DNA of 64,000 nucleotides from the NCBI GenBank assembly GCA_964545385.1, contig CAZJFG010000001.1, positions 40,365-104,364 on the forward strand, in the 5' to 3' direction. Positions 1 to 10,872 of the stretch are shown here, piece by piece. A program made the position numbers and the translations under genes. Source of the DNA: an uncultured Gammaproteobacteria bacterium. Lineage in GTDB: Bacteria; Patescibacteriota; Microgenomatia; UBA1406; GWC2-37-13. The notes under the pieces are model-generated. The model was given only the letters and a program-made list of their open reading frames with translations. It did not search any database and was not told the origin of the DNA. The stretch's first letter is position 1. Each line of letters starts with the position of its first letter.

Positions 1-1038
1 CGCAAACTTTCCACCTGGCAGCTGGACAACCGGTCGCAGATCAGGCGGAATGACAGGAAGTACTGTTAAGATCATCCATTTGGGTGATATTTTGGCTTTG
101 ACAAATGCTTCAAGACAACGAATTCTTTTTAATAATTTGTTTCTTTTTTCACCTTTTGTTTCTTCAAGTTGCTTTAAAACATCATTGTATTCTTTATCAA
201 TATCAAGATTGGACAATACTTCAAAAACTGTTTCTGCGCCCATACCAACAACAATAAAGTCTTCAATATTTTTTTCTCGGTAAAACAAATAGTCGTCTTC
301 TTCCAAAGTATCAAAAACATTTAAGACCTTTGTTGTTTTGATAAGCCGATCGTAAAAAGCTGTTTTTTGGGCTTTTTGACCTCCAAATCTATCGGTCAAG
401 AGTCTCAGTTGTTCTCTTTCTTTAAAATCAATCTCTTCACGAGTAATTTCTTTTTGTTCTTTGTTAGTAATTTTGTCTAAAAGCTTTTTTCTTTCTTTTA
501 TAAAACCTTCTTTCACTTTTTCTTCTTCTTTCCTAAAGTCTTCCCGAAGTTCTTCCAATACTTTTTTTTTCTCATCTTCAATAACTTTAATGGCTTTTTT
601 CTGTTTATCTTTATCTACCGACTTAATAAGGTAAAGGGCATAGTAAATTACTCTTTCCAACGCTTGAGTTGGAACGTTTAGAACCGTACTCAAGATTGAA
701 GAAGTCCCTTTAAAATACCAAATATGAGCGATTGGTGAAGCTAGTTTAATATGGCCCATGCGCTCACGCCTGACAGCTGATGTCGTAATTTCCACTCCAC
801 AGCGATCGCAAACAATCCCCTTATAGCGAATTCTTTTGTACTTTCCACAGTAACATTCGTAGTCTTTGGTCGGCCCGAAGATTTTTTCATCAAAAAGACC
901 GTCTTTTTCGGCTCTGAAAGTGCGGTAGTTTATGGTTTCTGGTTTAGTCACCTCGCCATAAGACCACTTTAAAATTGCCTCGGGCGAGGCAAGACTTATT
1001 CTTAAGCCGGAAAAATCTATCAAATCCAGTTCATCCAT
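1..1038 (-). CDS. rpoC: DNA-directed RNA polymerase subunit beta' (N-terminal 346 codons; gene runs off the window start)
   Basis: Own translation of the minus strand from ATG at 1036-1038 gives [40 protein letters not shown]...[22 protein letters not shown] (beta' zinc-binding region). It starts 4 nt downstream of the rpoB stop. It is absent from the ORF track because it is open at the window edge. Confidence 0.93.
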   Translation of the reverse strand, partial: MDELDLIDFSGLRISLASPEAILKWSYGEVTKPETINYRTFRAEKDGLFDEKIFGPTKDYECYCGKYKRIRYKGIVCDRCGVEITTSAVRRERMGHIKLASPIAHIWYFKGTSSILSTVLNVPTQALERVIYYALYLIKSVDKDKQKKAIKVIEDEKKKVLEELREDFRKEEEKVKEGFIKERKKLLDKITNKEQKEITREEIDFKEREQLRLLTDRFGGQKAQKTAFYDRLIKTTKVLNVFDTLEEDDYLFYREKNIEDFIVVGMGAETVFEVLSNLDIDKEYNDVLKQLEETKGEKRNKLLKRIRCLEAFVKAKISPKWMILTVLPVIPPDLRPVVQLPGGKFA

Positions 1039-1042
1039 AATT

Positions 1043-4000
1043 TTATTTAATGTAATCAATTGACAACCCCAAAGCATTCAGTTCTTTCACAAGAACGTGG
1101 AACGACTCTGGCACACTCGACTGCGGGATATCAATTCCTTTGATAATTGCTTCAAAAGCTCTGGTTCGACCACGAACATCGTCACTTTTTATAGTCAACA
1201 TTTCCTGTAGTGTATGTGGTACACGATGGGACTCAAGTGCCCAGACTTCCATCTCACCAAAACGTTGACCACCCATCTGAGATTTTCCACCAAGTGGTTG
1301 TTGGGTAACTAAAGAATATGGACCAACCGACCTTGCATGGAACTTGTCTTCAACCATATGAATCAGCTTCATGATGTAACTTATACCGACTAAAACTGGC
1401 TTTTCATATGGTTTACCGGTCTGAGCATCATATAAAGTAACCTTACCATCAACCGACCAACCGATTTTTTCAAGCTCTTCCGTAATAAATTGTTCACGAA
1501 TTTTTTCAAAGACCGGAACCGAGATGGTGGTTGCGGTTTGATTTGCTACTAGTCCAAGAAGAGCTTCATAAAGCTGTCCTAAATTCATTCTTGAAAGAAT
1601 CGACAAAGGTGAAAGAATAACATCAACCGGTGTTCCATCCTCAAGATAAGGCATCTCCCATTCAGGTAAAATCCTTGAGATAACACCCTTATTTCCGTGT
1701 CGACCGGCCAGTTTATCTCCAATCGAAATTTTGCGGAGTGAAGCCGTATTGACAATAATTCTTTTAAGAATACTTGGTTCAAGTTCATTTGGATCTTTTT
1801 TAGAATCAATTACTTCAATATTAACAACTGTTCCGGTTTTCCCGTAGGGCATACGTAAAGAAGTATCTTTGACATCTTTTGCTTTTTCGCCAAAAATAGC
1901 TCGCAGTAATCTTTCCTCGGCTGTCAGTTCTTTTTCGCCTTTTGGTGCAACTTTTCCGACCAAAATATTGCCACCTTCAACTTCTGTACCAACAACTACA
2001 AGTCCTTCTTTATCAAGATTTTGTAAAACCTCTTCTCGAACATTTGGAATATCACGTGTCAGTTCTTCCGGACCAAGTTTTGTATCAACCAAATCGGCGA
2101 TAAACTCCTCCATAGTGATAGAACTGAGCATATCATTTTTAATTAATCTTTCAGAAATAACAAATCCGTCTTCATAACCAAGACCATTTAACGAAGTATA
2201 GGCAACCACAAGATTTTGACCAAGTGAAAGCTTCCCATCATCTGTTGCCGGACCATCGATGAGTACTTTCCCTTTTTTTACCTTTTCATTGAGTTCAACC
2301 TTTGGCCGTTGATCAAAAACTACGTCTTTGTTTGTCCTGACAAATCTTTCAACTTTATATTTATAATTTTTTCCGCTTTTTCCTTTAAAAATAACTTGTT
2401 GGCCATCAACATATGTGACAGTGCCGTCTTCTGGTGCAAAGATTGTACGATTCATCGATGAGGCAATTTTTTCTTCAAGTCCGGTTCCAACCAAAGGTTG
2501 TCTAGGCTTGACCAAGGGCACGGCTTGGCATTGCATGTGAGTACCCATCAATGCTCGTGAAGCATCATCGTTCTGCAAAAAAGGAATAAGACTGGCCGAA
2601 GCACCTACTACCTGTCGAGGTGAAATATCTATAAGATCAAGTTTCTCAACCGGTACCTCAACTAAATCACCGTTAAAACGGGCTACAACATTAACATCAA
2701 TGATAAAACCGTTTTTGTCTAAATTTACAGTGTCTGAGGTAATATAATATTTTTCTTCGTCGTCCGCTTGCAGGTAAATAATTTCATTTGAAATCTTTAC
2801 TTTTATTTTTCCGCCGTTTTTTTCTTTAATCAGTTTGCGATATGGTGTTTCTATAAAACCATATTGATTCACTTTCGCATACAAAGAAAGGTAAGTAACA
2901 ACACCAATATTGGGCCCCTCTGGGGATCTAATCGGACAAATTCTTCCGTACTGAGATGAAGAAATGTCACGAATTGAGAAGGCGGCTCTTTCTTTTTCAA
3001 TACCTCCCGGTCCGCCAACCGTTACTCTTCGCAGATTGTCAAGTTCAGATAAAGGATTAGTCTGGTCAACGATGGTTGAAAGCTGGCTTGTTCGGTAAAA
3101 AGAATTTATACTTACGGTAAGTGGTTTTGAGTTGACAATTTGAGCCGGTAGAACATGCGTTTCACCAGCTACCAAACTCATTCTTTCCTTAATCTCCCGC
3201 TCAACCCGTAGCATACCGACTCGAATTCCATACATACCGACAAGTTCATCAACAGTTCGCAGATATCGATTACTCAAATGATCAATATCGTCAAACTTTC
3301 CTTTTCCAATAGTCAAATTAAGAAGATATTTGATCGTTTCAATAAAATCGTCTTTTGTCAAAAGAAAGTTTTCTTTTTCAATTGGAAGGTTAATTCCTAG
3401 TTTTCGGTTGATTTTGAAACGGCCGACATCGGCTAAGGAATACCTACGGCTGTTGAAAAAAAGACTATTGAGGGTATCGTAAGCATTTTCCAAAATCAAA
3501 GGTTCTCCTGGCTTGATCTTTCGATAGATCTCAATTGCCGCATCGTCTTTGTTTTTCGTATGATCTTTTTTCAGAGTCGGATTTAAATATTTTTCGACCA
3601 AAGTAGGATCAAGGCCTTTAAAGTGTTCCAAGATTTCCGCTGTCGTTTCATTGTCGAAAACTTTCAAAAAAACAGTTGCTAAAAATTTTCTTCTTTTGTT
3701 AACCTTCATTTCAATCAGATTGTTTTTATTGATAGTGATATCAATCCAAGCGCCGATATAAGGCCGGATCTCGGCATTGTAAAGAGTTTGGCGGGTAACT
3801 TTATCAATCTCGGCTGTAAAATAAACACCAGGCGATCTGGCAATCTGGTTTATGATTGCCCGTTCAATTCCGTTTATGATAAATGTTCCACGATCGGTCA
3901 TTTTGGGAAGATTGAAAAAGTAAACATCTTGTGCTTTTTCACTGCCGGTTTTTTTGTTATGAAGAGTAAGTTTTACATAGACTGGAACATCGTAGGTCAA

Positions 4001-4258
4001 TTTTTTTTGAAGGCAAAGATCAAGAGAATAACGAGGCTCACCAAAATAAAGATCGTTAAAATAAAGGGTAAATTTTTTTCCCGTATAGTCTTCAATGGGG
4101 AAAAATTCATTGATGATCTCACGAATACTTTCATCGATAAATTTTTTCCAAGATTGCTTTTGAATTTCTATTAAGTCAAGTTTTTCTAGTTCTTTATCTG
4201 GTTTTCCAAGGAATAGTTTTTTTTGGGGTTTAATAATGATTTGATCTGTCTTGCTCAT
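1043..4258 (-). CDS. rpoB: DNA-directed RNA polymerase subunit beta
   Basis: 1071-aa ORF with hallmark beta-subunit blocks ([78 protein letters not shown]), followed directly by rpoC. Confidence 0.97.
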   Translation of the reverse strand: MSKTDQIIIKPQKKLFLGKPDKELEKLDLIEIQKQSWKKFIDESIREIINEFFPIEDYTGKKFTLYFNDLYFGEPRYSLDLCLQKKLTYDVPVYVKLTLHNKKTGSEKAQDVYFFNLPKMTDRGTFIINGIERAIINQIARSPGVYFTAEIDKVTRQTLYNAEIRPYIGAWIDITINKNNLIEMKVNKRRKFLATVFLKVFDNETTAEILEHFKGLDPTLVEKYLNPTLKKDHTKNKDDAAIEIYRKIKPGEPLILENAYDTLNSLFFNSRRYSLADVGRFKINRKLGINLPIEKENFLLTKDDFIETIKYLLNLTIGKGKFDDIDHLSNRYLRTVDELVGMYGIRVGMLRVEREIKERMSLVAGETHVLPAQIVNSKPLTVSINSFYRTSQLSTIVDQTNPLSELDNLRRVTVGGPGGIEKERAAFSIRDISSSQYGRICPIRSPEGPNIGVVTYLSLYAKVNQYGFIETPYRKLIKEKNGGKIKVKISNEIIYLQADDEEKYYITSDTVNLDKNGFIIDVNVVARFNGDLVEVPVEKLDLIDISPRQVVGASASLIPFLQNDDASRALMGTHMQCQAVPLVKPRQPLVGTGLEEKIASSMNRTIFAPEDGTVTYVDGQQVIFKGKSGKNYKYKVERFVRTNKDVVFDQRPKVELNEKVKKGKVLIDGPATDDGKLSLGQNLVVAYTSLNGLGYEDGFVISERLIKNDMLSSITMEEFIADLVDTKLGPEELTRDIPNVREEVLQNLDKEGLVVVGTEVEGGNILVGKVAPKGEKELTAEERLLRAIFGEKAKDVKDTSLRMPYGKTGTVVNIEVIDSKKDPNELEPSILKRIIVNTASLRKISIGDKLAGRHGNKGVISRILPEWEMPYLEDGTPVDVILSPLSILSRMNLGQLYEALLGLVANQTATTISVPVFEKIREQFITEELEKIGWSVDGKVTLYDAQTGKPYEKPVLVGISYIMKLIHMVEDKFHARSVGPYSLVTQQPLGGKSQMGGQRFGEMEVWALESHRVPHTLQEMLTIKSDDVRGRTRAFEAIIKGIDIPQSSVPESFHVLVKELNALGLSIDYIK

Positions 4259-4278
4259 TTTCTTTTTTTAAAAACAAT

Positions 4279-4300
4279 AAAAAACCCCTACCCTAAGGGG
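4279..4300 (-). terminator. Rho-independent terminator-like hairpin after the Nudix gene
   Basis: Minus strand reads CCCCT-TAGGGT-AGGGG followed by TTTTTTATTGTTTTT. Confidence 0.5.
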
Positions 4301-4328
4301 AGAAGTTAAAAAAGTTCTTATTAATATA

Positions 4329-4760
4329 CTACAAATCATGCTTTATGTCAAGCACTTTTTTAAAAGCATCCTGGTCTGATTTATATGTCAGTGTTTTTAT
4401 TACCTCTTCTTTGGTGACAAATTTTGCCTCACTCATCTCCCAATCATGGCTAGACGGATCACCGCTTACATACTCCATTAAAAAATAATAAACGGTTTTT
4501 TTTATTAACTTTTCATCAAACTGATATTCGTAAAAAACTTTTATCGGCTCATTTTCAACAATTTTTGCTTTGATTCCACCTTCTTCTTCAACTTCACGCA
4601 AAGCTGCCTGTTCTTTCGATTCGGTACTATTTTCATCCCCGACCAGTCCTTTGGGGAATACCCAACCACGATGTTGGCTATGTTGACAAATTAGCCACTG
4701 CAAATTTGGATTTTTTTTATAAACAATACCGCCTGCGGAAATTTGTCTGATGATTTTCAT
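4329..4760 (-). CDS. Nudix hydrolase
   Basis: Nudix box GWVFPKGLVGDENSTESKEQAALREVEEEGGI (GX5EX7REUXEEXGU pattern). Confidence 0.85.
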   Translation of the reverse strand: MKIIRQISAGGIVYKKNPNLQWLICQHSQHRGWVFPKGLVGDENSTESKEQAALREVEEEGGIKAKIVENEPIKVFYEYQFDEKLIKKTVYYFLMEYVSGDPSSHDWEMSEAKFVTKEEVIKTLTYKSDQDAFKKVLDIKHDL

Positions 4761-4785
4761 TGGAATTGAAAATTACACGTTAAAA

Positions 4786-5529
4786 TTATTTTTTATAATA
4801 CTGACCTCCCATTTCATAATCAAAGATCGGTTTTTTTATCGGCCCGAAAAATAGTTGGTATAAAATTGCCTTTATTGATTTATATAAACTATACCACAAT
4901 CCCTCTTTTTCAAACCGGCGAGTGGAAACATAAAGAACCGGTTGTTTGAAAACTCTGAAATTGGCTTTTTGCTTATGAGCTTTTTGTACCAGATCAAAAT
5001 CCTCGCCAAAAATAATTTCTTCATCGAACTTACCGATTTTTTCAAATAGTTCTTTTTTTATGACAATGCAGGGTCCGTTGGCTGAAGGCTTTATTTTTTG
5101 GAAAAGAGACATATTGATGTTTAATAAAAACAAAACAATTTTTCCGGTCAGACTTTTTGTTTTGGATCTATTCCAAACGGTTGTCATATCAAGATTAAAT
5201 TCTTGGATTTTATTTTTTATTTCAAAAATAAAATCTTTAGTAAGTTCGACATCACTGTCCAGAAATATCAAAAATTTACCGTTTGTTTTCGAAGCTCCGT
5301 AGTTTCGCGCCGCACTTACATTTTTTGTTTTGTGAGAGATAAACTTAAACCGAGGAATTTTTTTTTCAAACTTAATTGCTTTTTTTGGAGTCGCGTCGGT
5401 TGAATAACTATCAATGACAAACACTTCAAAATCCTGATCTGTTTGTTTAGTAATTGAAGTTAACAATATGGGTAAATTTATTTCTTCATTTAAAGAAGGA
5501 ATAACAATCGAAAAAAAAGGCTTAATCAT
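4786..5529 (-). CDS. Glycosyltransferase family 2
   Basis: N-terminal FSIVIPSLNEE...VIDSYSTD...FLDSDV motifs typical of GT-A/GT2. Paralogous to 41780..42610. Confidence 0.85.
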   Translation of the reverse strand: MIKPFFSIVIPSLNEEINLPILLTSITKQTDQDFEVFVIDSYSTDATPKKAIKFEKKIPRFKFISHKTKNVSAARNYGASKTNGKFLIFLDSDVELTKDFIFEIKNKIQEFNLDMTTVWNRSKTKSLTGKIVLFLLNINMSLFQKIKPSANGPCIVIKKELFEKIGKFDEEIIFGEDFDLVQKAHKQKANFRVFKQPVLYVSTRRFEKEGLWYSLYKSIKAILYQLFFGPIKKPIFDYEMGGQYYKK

Positions 5530-5563
5530 CTGTTAAATTCATTATATAGTATTATATATATAA

Positions 5564-7030
5564 ATGAAAATAAAAAAGTTTACCATCCTTCATTCAAACG
5601 ACATGCATGGCGATTTTTTGGCTGAGGTACAAAAAGGCGGTGGTAAACTGATAGGTGGTCTCTCACTTCTGTCTGGATATGTTAACAAAGTCAGACGTGA
5701 GGAAGAAAACGTTTTATATCTTATTGCCGGCGACATGCTCCAGGGATCTTTAATCGATTCTGAGTGGAAAGGAGTTTCGACGATTGAAATTATGAACTGG
5801 CTGGCTCCGGATGTTGTTGCCATCGGTAATCACGAAGTAGACTACGGTCTCTCCCATCTCCTTTTTTTAGAAAAACTGGCCAACTTTCCAATCGTCAACG
5901 CCAATCTCTATATACGAAAAAACAACAAAAGACTTCTCAACCCATATCTTATTTTGAAAAAAGCTGGTTTTGATATCATGTTTACCGGCATTATCACAGA
6001 AAAAATCATGGACTCGATAAAACAAGACAAACTTATTGGCAGTTTTGTTACCCTTTCAGAAGCCAGTGAGGAGGTTGGAAAAATCTGTAACGCCTATAAA
6101 AATGACGATATTGATCTAACGATCTTACTTACTCATATCGGTTATGACTCGGATTTAAAACTGGCCAAATTATTAAAACCCGAGTGGGGTGTGGACATGA
6201 TTGTCGGTGGTCACTCTCATACAATTCTTGAAAAACCAGCCAAAATAAATAATATTCTGATTGCTCAAGCCGGTGTCGGCACAGACCAGATAGGACGATT
6301 TGATATTACTGTTGACGATGATACAAACAGTATCATTGAATATAAATGGAGGCTTATTCCAATAAATGAAAATTTGGCTGCACCGGATAAAAAACTTGAA
6401 GGATACATTGACAAATACAAAACAGATGTTGACCGCAAATATAGTACTATTATCTGTAAACTGACCAAAGTTGCTACCCACCCAAAACGGGAAATTGAAA
6501 CTTCGCTCGGAAATCTTATTGCCGATGCTTTTTCTCAAAATGCTAAAACCGATGTCATGCTTGTTGGCAGCGGCTCAATCCGCGTCAAACAGATCGGACC
6601 GATCATCACCTTAAAAGATTTTATTTGCTGTTTCCCGTATGATGATGCTCTTACTCGTTTTGAAGTATCAGGCAGCAAGCTAAAAAAAATATTTTCTTTT
6701 ATTATGCGGCCGGAAAACCAAAATAGCGAAGGCGAATCCTACCAGGTAAACCACGGTGTTGAGGCAATCTATGACAATAAATTGAAAAAATTAGTTTCCC
6801 TAAAGATAAATAAAAAGGTTGTCGATGACAAAAAAAATTATACCATCTGCATGCAGAATTTTCATTTCTCAAGCTGTAAAGAGTATCTTGGAATTACAGA
6901 AGAAGAACTCCTGGCTTCAAAAAAACAAAAGGTGACGACAACTTCGGCCCAACAGGTTTTGGAAGAGTACTTTCGCACTCATCAACTCCTTACTCCAAAA
7001 ATCGAAGGCCGGTTAATTTTCAAAAAATAA
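5564..7030 (+). CDS. Bifunctional metallophosphatase / 5'-nucleotidase family protein
   Basis: Calcineurin-like motifs ILHSNDMHGDF, AGDMLQG, GNHEVDYG and GGHSHT, plus a C-terminal 5'-nucleotidase-type domain. Confidence 0.85.
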   Translation: MKIKKFTILHSNDMHGDFLAEVQKGGGKLIGGLSLLSGYVNKVRREEENVLYLIAGDMLQGSLIDSEWKGVSTIEIMNWLAPDVVAIGNHEVDYGLSHLLFLEKLANFPIVNANLYIRKNNKRLLNPYLILKKAGFDIMFTGIITEKIMDSIKQDKLIGSFVTLSEASEEVGKICNAYKNDDIDLTILLTHIGYDSDLKLAKLLKPEWGVDMIVGGHSHTILEKPAKINNILIAQAGVGTDQIGRFDITVDDDTNSIIEYKWRLIPINENLAAPDKKLEGYIDKYKTDVDRKYSTIICKLTKVATHPKREIETSLGNLIADAFSQNAKTDVMLVGSGSIRVKQIGPIITLKDFICCFPYDDALTRFEVSGSKLKKIFSFIMRPENQNSEGESYQVNHGVEAIYDNKLKKLVSLKINKKVVDDKKNYTICMQNFHFSSCKEYLGITEEELLASKKQKVTTTSAQQVLEEYFRTHQLLTPKIEGRLIFKK

Positions 7031-7031
7031 C

Positions 7032-8201
7032 TCACTCAAACATCCTCTGTTCTACAGGTGAAAAAAGAAACACTAATAATGGCAAAAAACCGACGATAAA
7101 CAAGGTAACCGGCAAGGACCGATCAGTAAGCATACCGACAAACGGATTGACAACGGCCAAAGCCAGTCGCCGGAACATGGAAATTGCCGACAAAATCGTA
7201 GCTCGCTGTTCAGAGGGAATTAACCGGTTCATATAACCCGTCATCAACTCAAGTCGCGTCAAACCGAATCCTCCGGCAAAGATCACAAATAAAATAACAA
7301 CAGGCAGTTTGGGAACAAAAGCCGTTAAGATAAAGAAAATAAAAACAACTATTGCCGAAACCCTCATATAAGATCTGGCTCCACCCAGGATTTTTTCAAG
7401 GTAAATAAAATTGCTGGCGATAATAAATTCAGACAGAACCATAAGTGAGCTTATCCAACCAAAATACTTGATGGGAAATTTCAAACTCATAAGAAGTGGC
7501 TGATATAACCAAGTTACAAAATATGCAGCCACAGATACAACAACCGCATCAAGAGCGATCAACCGTAAAACTTTATGATGATAAAAATATCTTATTCCTT
7601 TTTTTGCTATCTCAAAATAGCGAGTTGTTTCTTTTGTCTTGTCAAAAACCTTTGGCTCTTTTATGGAAAAAGCAATGCCTGCGGCAATCAAAAAAGGAAT
7701 CGCCGAAACCAATATCGGTGCGTTTAAACCAAACTTCGCCGCAATTATACCGCCAACCGGCCCGGCAATGAACATGGCCAAAAGCCGGAAAGAATGCGTT
7801 TGGCTGTTTGCTTTTTTGATTTCGTCTTCGCGACCTTCTTCTTTTAAACAATCGTACAAAAGAGCATCGTCTGCCCCGGACATAAAAGAAAAAGCCATGG
7901 CAAATAAAAACTCACCAATCAAAAAAACGTAAAAATTGGGTACACTTCCGTAGACAAGAGCGGCTAAAGACACAATAATAGCACCAAACGCTAAGGAATA
8001 TTTACGACCAAAACGGTCGGCAACCACACCGGTTGGCACCTCCAAAAGAAAAATCCAAAACATATACCAAGACTGTAAAAGTTGGGCTTTGGCAATCGAA
8101 ATTTTTCCCCATTCGGTAAAAAACGGCATAAGTACCGCTCCAAAAAAATGAAGATAGATAAAAAACGTAAATAGATAGTATCGCCAAACTCTGTTTTTCA
8201 T
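7032..8201 (-). CDS. MFS transporter
   Basis: About 12 predicted TM helices and an MFS loop motif VADRFGRKY. Confidence 0.85.
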   Translation of the reverse strand: MKNRVWRYYLFTFFIYLHFFGAVLMPFFTEWGKISIAKAQLLQSWYMFWIFLLEVPTGVVADRFGRKYSLAFGAIIVSLAALVYGSVPNFYVFLIGEFLFAMAFSFMSGADDALLYDCLKEEGREDEIKKANSQTHSFRLLAMFIAGPVGGIIAAKFGLNAPILVSAIPFLIAAGIAFSIKEPKVFDKTKETTRYFEIAKKGIRYFYHHKVLRLIALDAVVVSVAAYFVTWLYQPLLMSLKFPIKYFGWISSLMVLSEFIIASNFIYLEKILGGARSYMRVSAIVVFIFFILTAFVPKLPVVILFVIFAGGFGLTRLELMTGYMNRLIPSEQRATILSAISMFRRLALAVVNPFVGMLTDRSLPVTLFIVGFLPLLVFLFSPVEQRMFE

Positions 8202-8204
8202 ATT

Positions 8205-8233
8205 AAAAAAAACCAGCCTTTTTTTTTGGCTGG
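8205..8233 (-). terminator. Rho-independent terminator downstream of tRNA-Ser
   Basis: Minus strand reads CCAGCC-A9-GGCTGG followed by a T-run, placed just before the MFS start codon. Confidence 0.5.
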
Positions 8234-8374
8234 TGTTTCAGTTTGTTACTATTTTGTTTTTAACTTTTGAAAACCAGACGACCAGCATAAAAGATCTCGA
8301 TATCGCTACCAAGATACACTGGATTTTTTCTGGCAGACCAAAAGTTAAACATATTTGTATATTATAACAGAAAA

Positions 8375-8465
8375 TGGCGGTGGGGGCGAGATTTGAACTC
8401 GCGATAACCTTTAGGGTTATGCAGGTTTTCGAAACCTGTGCAATCAACCGCTCTGCCACCCCACC
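8375..8465 (-). tRNA. tRNA-Ser (anticodon CGA)
   Basis: Cloverleaf read by eye. Acceptor GGTGGGG/CCCCACC, anticodon stem CAGGT/ACCTG with loop TTCGAAA, long variable arm, T-arm GCGAG-TTCAAAT-CTCGC, encoded CCA. Confidence 0.9.
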
Positions 8466-8513
8466 ATTTTTGATAGCTATATTTTACCCTAATATACTAT
8501 AATATTAAAGCTA

Positions 8514-8597
8514 CCAGAGGTGCCGGAGTGGTCAATCGGAAGAGTCTGTAAAACTCTCGGGCTTTGCCCTACGGAGGTTCGAATCCTCCCCTCTGGA
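8514..8597 (+). tRNA. tRNA-Tyr (anticodon GTA)
   Basis: Acceptor CCAGAGG/CCTCTGG, anticodon stem AGAGT/ACTCT with loop CTGTAAA, long variable arm (bacterial Tyr type), T-loop GGTTCGAATCC. CCA is not encoded. Confidence 0.9.
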
Positions 8598-8621
8598 CAT
8601 TTCTTAAAATGTTTCTTTTTT

Positions 8622-9260
8622 TTATTTTGCCTTCGTGTAAACCGTCATTTTGGCAGACATGCCGTTTTTGATCGCCGGATAAGCGGTCGTATTAAACTTG
8701 GCATAGACGGTAAATTGCTGTGTCACTCGCTCGGTCGAGGTCGAAAAAGAAAACGTCTGCGTATTAGCGCTAGGTGAAATCTGATCAATATAACCCCAAA
8801 AAGTTTTTCCGGGAAGAGCGTCGATTGTGAAAGAAACTACCTGACCAACATGAATAGCCGTTAAACCTTTATCTTCATCGATTGTTCCCACAACTCTTAA
8901 GTTGACCGGCCGGATCATCTGAATCAACGCTGTCTGCGGCCCGGCCATCGAACCGGTAATATCACTTGCGGCAATTATTAAACCCTCCGTATCAGCCCGA
9001 ATTGTTTGCGAACCTACTATCGCCAAAATATCGCCCGTCTGCACCATCTGCCCTTCTTTAACATTTATTTCATAAACTTTACCCGTGGTTGACGGAGAGA
9101 TTGTAATTACCGGCGCCTGAATCAAAGAATTGTCAATACGAATTCTTCCGGTTGTTCCTTGAAAAAAGAGATATAAGCCGACGGCTGAAATTAAAATTAC
9201 AAATGTTCCAGTTAACCAAAGAAATGTTTTATTTTTTAGGAACGCCAGTATTTTTCTCAT
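8622..9260 (-). CDS. HlyD-family periplasmic adaptor (membrane fusion) protein, short form
   Basis: N-terminal TM, then a lipoyl-like hairpin (APVITISPSTTGKVYEINVKEGQMVQTGDILAIV) and a beta-barrel segment. Overlaps the upstream adaptor gene by 4 nt. Confidence 0.75.
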   Translation of the reverse strand: MRKILAFLKNKTFLWLTGTFVILISAVGLYLFFQGTTGRIRIDNSLIQAPVITISPSTTGKVYEINVKEGQMVQTGDILAIVGSQTIRADTEGLIIAASDITGSMAGPQTALIQMIRPVNLRVVGTIDEDKGLTAIHVGQVVSFTIDALPGKTFWGYIDQISPSANTQTFSFSTSTERVTQQFTVYAKFNTTAYPAIKNGMSAKMTVYTKAK

Positions 9261-10363
9261 AAAACTTTATATTTAAACGATGAAATGTATTTGGGATTAA
9301 TAATTATCTCGTCTTCTGCGGTTAATCCTTCTAAAACTTCCATTTTATCACCATGAATTTTGCCGATTTTTATCTCTTTTAGCTTCGGCGTTGTTTTATT
9401 CTTAACCCAGATATATTTATTGCCTAAGACAGTCCAAGCTGGCACCAAAGCCACATTTTTAGAATTTGTACTAATTAACGCTGTTCCCGTCTGGTCTAAC
9501 TTAGCCAGTTCTTTTAATTCATCACTAACGATGTCTACCTGATAAACTCCCTCTCCTGTAGGTAATATTACTTTCGCCGGATAAATTTTAACTATCGTAC
9601 CGGTAATTTTTTTTGATAAACCATCAATGGCCAACGTCACGCTATTACCTTCTGAGAGATAATAAATATATTCCAGGGGAACATTGGCCCGAAAAACCAT
9701 AGTAGTGGGATCGGCAACAACAAAACTGACTGAAGGAGTAATATTGACACCGGCCACCATTACATCTTCATGAGTAATAACTCCATTAAGAGGCGAGGTT
9801 AAAGTGGAAAGTTGAAGAGCGTAGTTGGCCAACTCAACATTAATAACGGAATTATTAAGATTTGCTTGATATTGCTCTATGATTCTTTGGATTGTGTTAT
9901 TTATGGCATCATTTTTGTCGCTTCCCGAAAGACCGGCATTTTTGTAATAATCATAAGGTAAGGTTTGCTGCGCAACAGCAACATTATCGGCCACATTATC
10001 TTTAGTTTGATCAAAAGCGTTGCGCGCAACCTTGTAATTGTTCAGGGCTGCTTCCAGCTGTTTTTGAACGCTGTATGAATCAAGTTTAGCAATCGTTTGG
10101 CCGGCATATACTCTATCTCCTTCTTTAAAAGGTAAATAAACAAGCTTGCCGGCGGTCTGGAAATTAAGTCGAGCCTGGTCTTGAGCAACCACTGCCCCTC
10201 CAACATTAATAGTTGAGGAGACAAATTTTATGGCGCTTGACGTGGTGGCCCCGGTTTCAAATTCGGTCGCAACTTTATTTTGAAAAAATCGCAAACCTGT
10301 CTCCGTTATTCCCAGACCCAAAACGATGATAAAAATGGAAATAAAAATTCTTTTTATTTTCAT
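9257..10363 (-). CDS. Efflux transporter periplasmic adaptor subunit (HlyD/RND-MFP family)
   Basis: N-terminal TM, coiled-coil hairpin, lipoyl and beta-barrel segments. I place the start at ATG 10361-10363 (GGGAGG 7 nt upstream, ATGA overlap with the marR stop) rather than the TTG at 10378 used in the track. Confidence 0.8.
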   Translation of the reverse strand: MKIKRIFISIFIIVLGLGITETGLRFFQNKVATEFETGATTSSAIKFVSSTINVGGAVVAQDQARLNFQTAGKLVYLPFKEGDRVYAGQTIAKLDSYSVQKQLEAALNNYKVARNAFDQTKDNVADNVAVAQQTLPYDYYKNAGLSGSDKNDAINNTIQRIIEQYQANLNNSVINVELANYALQLSTLTSPLNGVITHEDVMVAGVNITPSVSFVVADPTTMVFRANVPLEYIYYLSEGNSVTLAIDGLSKKITGTIVKIYPAKVILPTGEGVYQVDIVSDELKELAKLDQTGTALISTNSKNVALVPAWTVLGNKYIWVKNKTTPKLKEIKIGKIHGDKMEVLEGLTAEDEIIINPKYISSFKYKVL

Positions 10364-10794
10364 AGCTGTTCCTCCCAATTTTTTTTCAATTTTTTTAAAA
10401 TCGTGATAAACTCTCTTTTTTCTTTATTTGTTAGATAAGAAAAAATTTCGTTAAGCTTTTGATGCTGTATATAAACTATTTGCTTTAATATTCTTTTTCC
10501 TTTATCAGTTAATTCTAATCTAACTATCCGTCTATCTTCAAGATCTGAATTTCGCTTGATGAGTTTTTGATCACATAATTTATTAACCAAACTGGTTGCC
10601 GACGGCAACTCAATACGAAAATAATCGGCAATATTACCCATTGTAATATTTTTGTTATCCTTAATTAAGGCGAGAGTTTTTATCTGTAAAAGACTCAAAT
10701 GGGCAAATTCGCATTTATACGGAAGTTTTTTTTTCATCAAGCGAAAAATCTGATATAATAATTCCATTAATTCCGCTTGATAGTTAGACTTCAT
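10360..10794 (-). CDS. MarR family transcriptional regulator
   Basis: Winged-helix block LSLLQIKTLALIKDNKNITMGNIADYFRIELPSATSLVNKLCDQKLIKRNSDLEDRRIVRLELTDKGK. Divergent from the ABC exporter pair. Confidence 0.88.
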   Translation of the reverse strand: MKSNYQAELMELLYQIFRLMKKKLPYKCEFAHLSLLQIKTLALIKDNKNITMGNIADYFRIELPSATSLVNKLCDQKLIKRNSDLEDRRIVRLELTDKGKRILKQIVYIQHQKLNEIFSYLTNKEKREFITILKKLKKNWEEQL

Positions 10795-10872
10795 AATTAT
10801 TAGATTATTTAACTATTATAGAGTATAATATATAAACCTATTTCTGTCAAGATAGTTTAAAATCAAAATAAA

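Noticed and set aside
50-283. The track lists plus-strand ORFs inside rpoC/rpoB (50..283, 1869..2177, 3788..4174). It also lists many similar 60-130-aa ORFs antisense to, or out of frame within, long well-supported genes, for example 5060..5403, 7496..7932, 11322..11633, 20009..23226, 31784..32089, 36584..38256, 44257..45123 and 61008..61578.
   Set aside because: Each lies wholly inside a longer ORF with clear family motifs. Their translations are low-complexity or hydrophobic junk typical of AT-rich antisense frames.
8238-8777. Track ORFs 8238..8459 (-) and 8520..8777 (+).
   Set aside because: They overlap tRNA-Ser and tRNA-Tyr. The tRNA cloverleaves explain the sequence.
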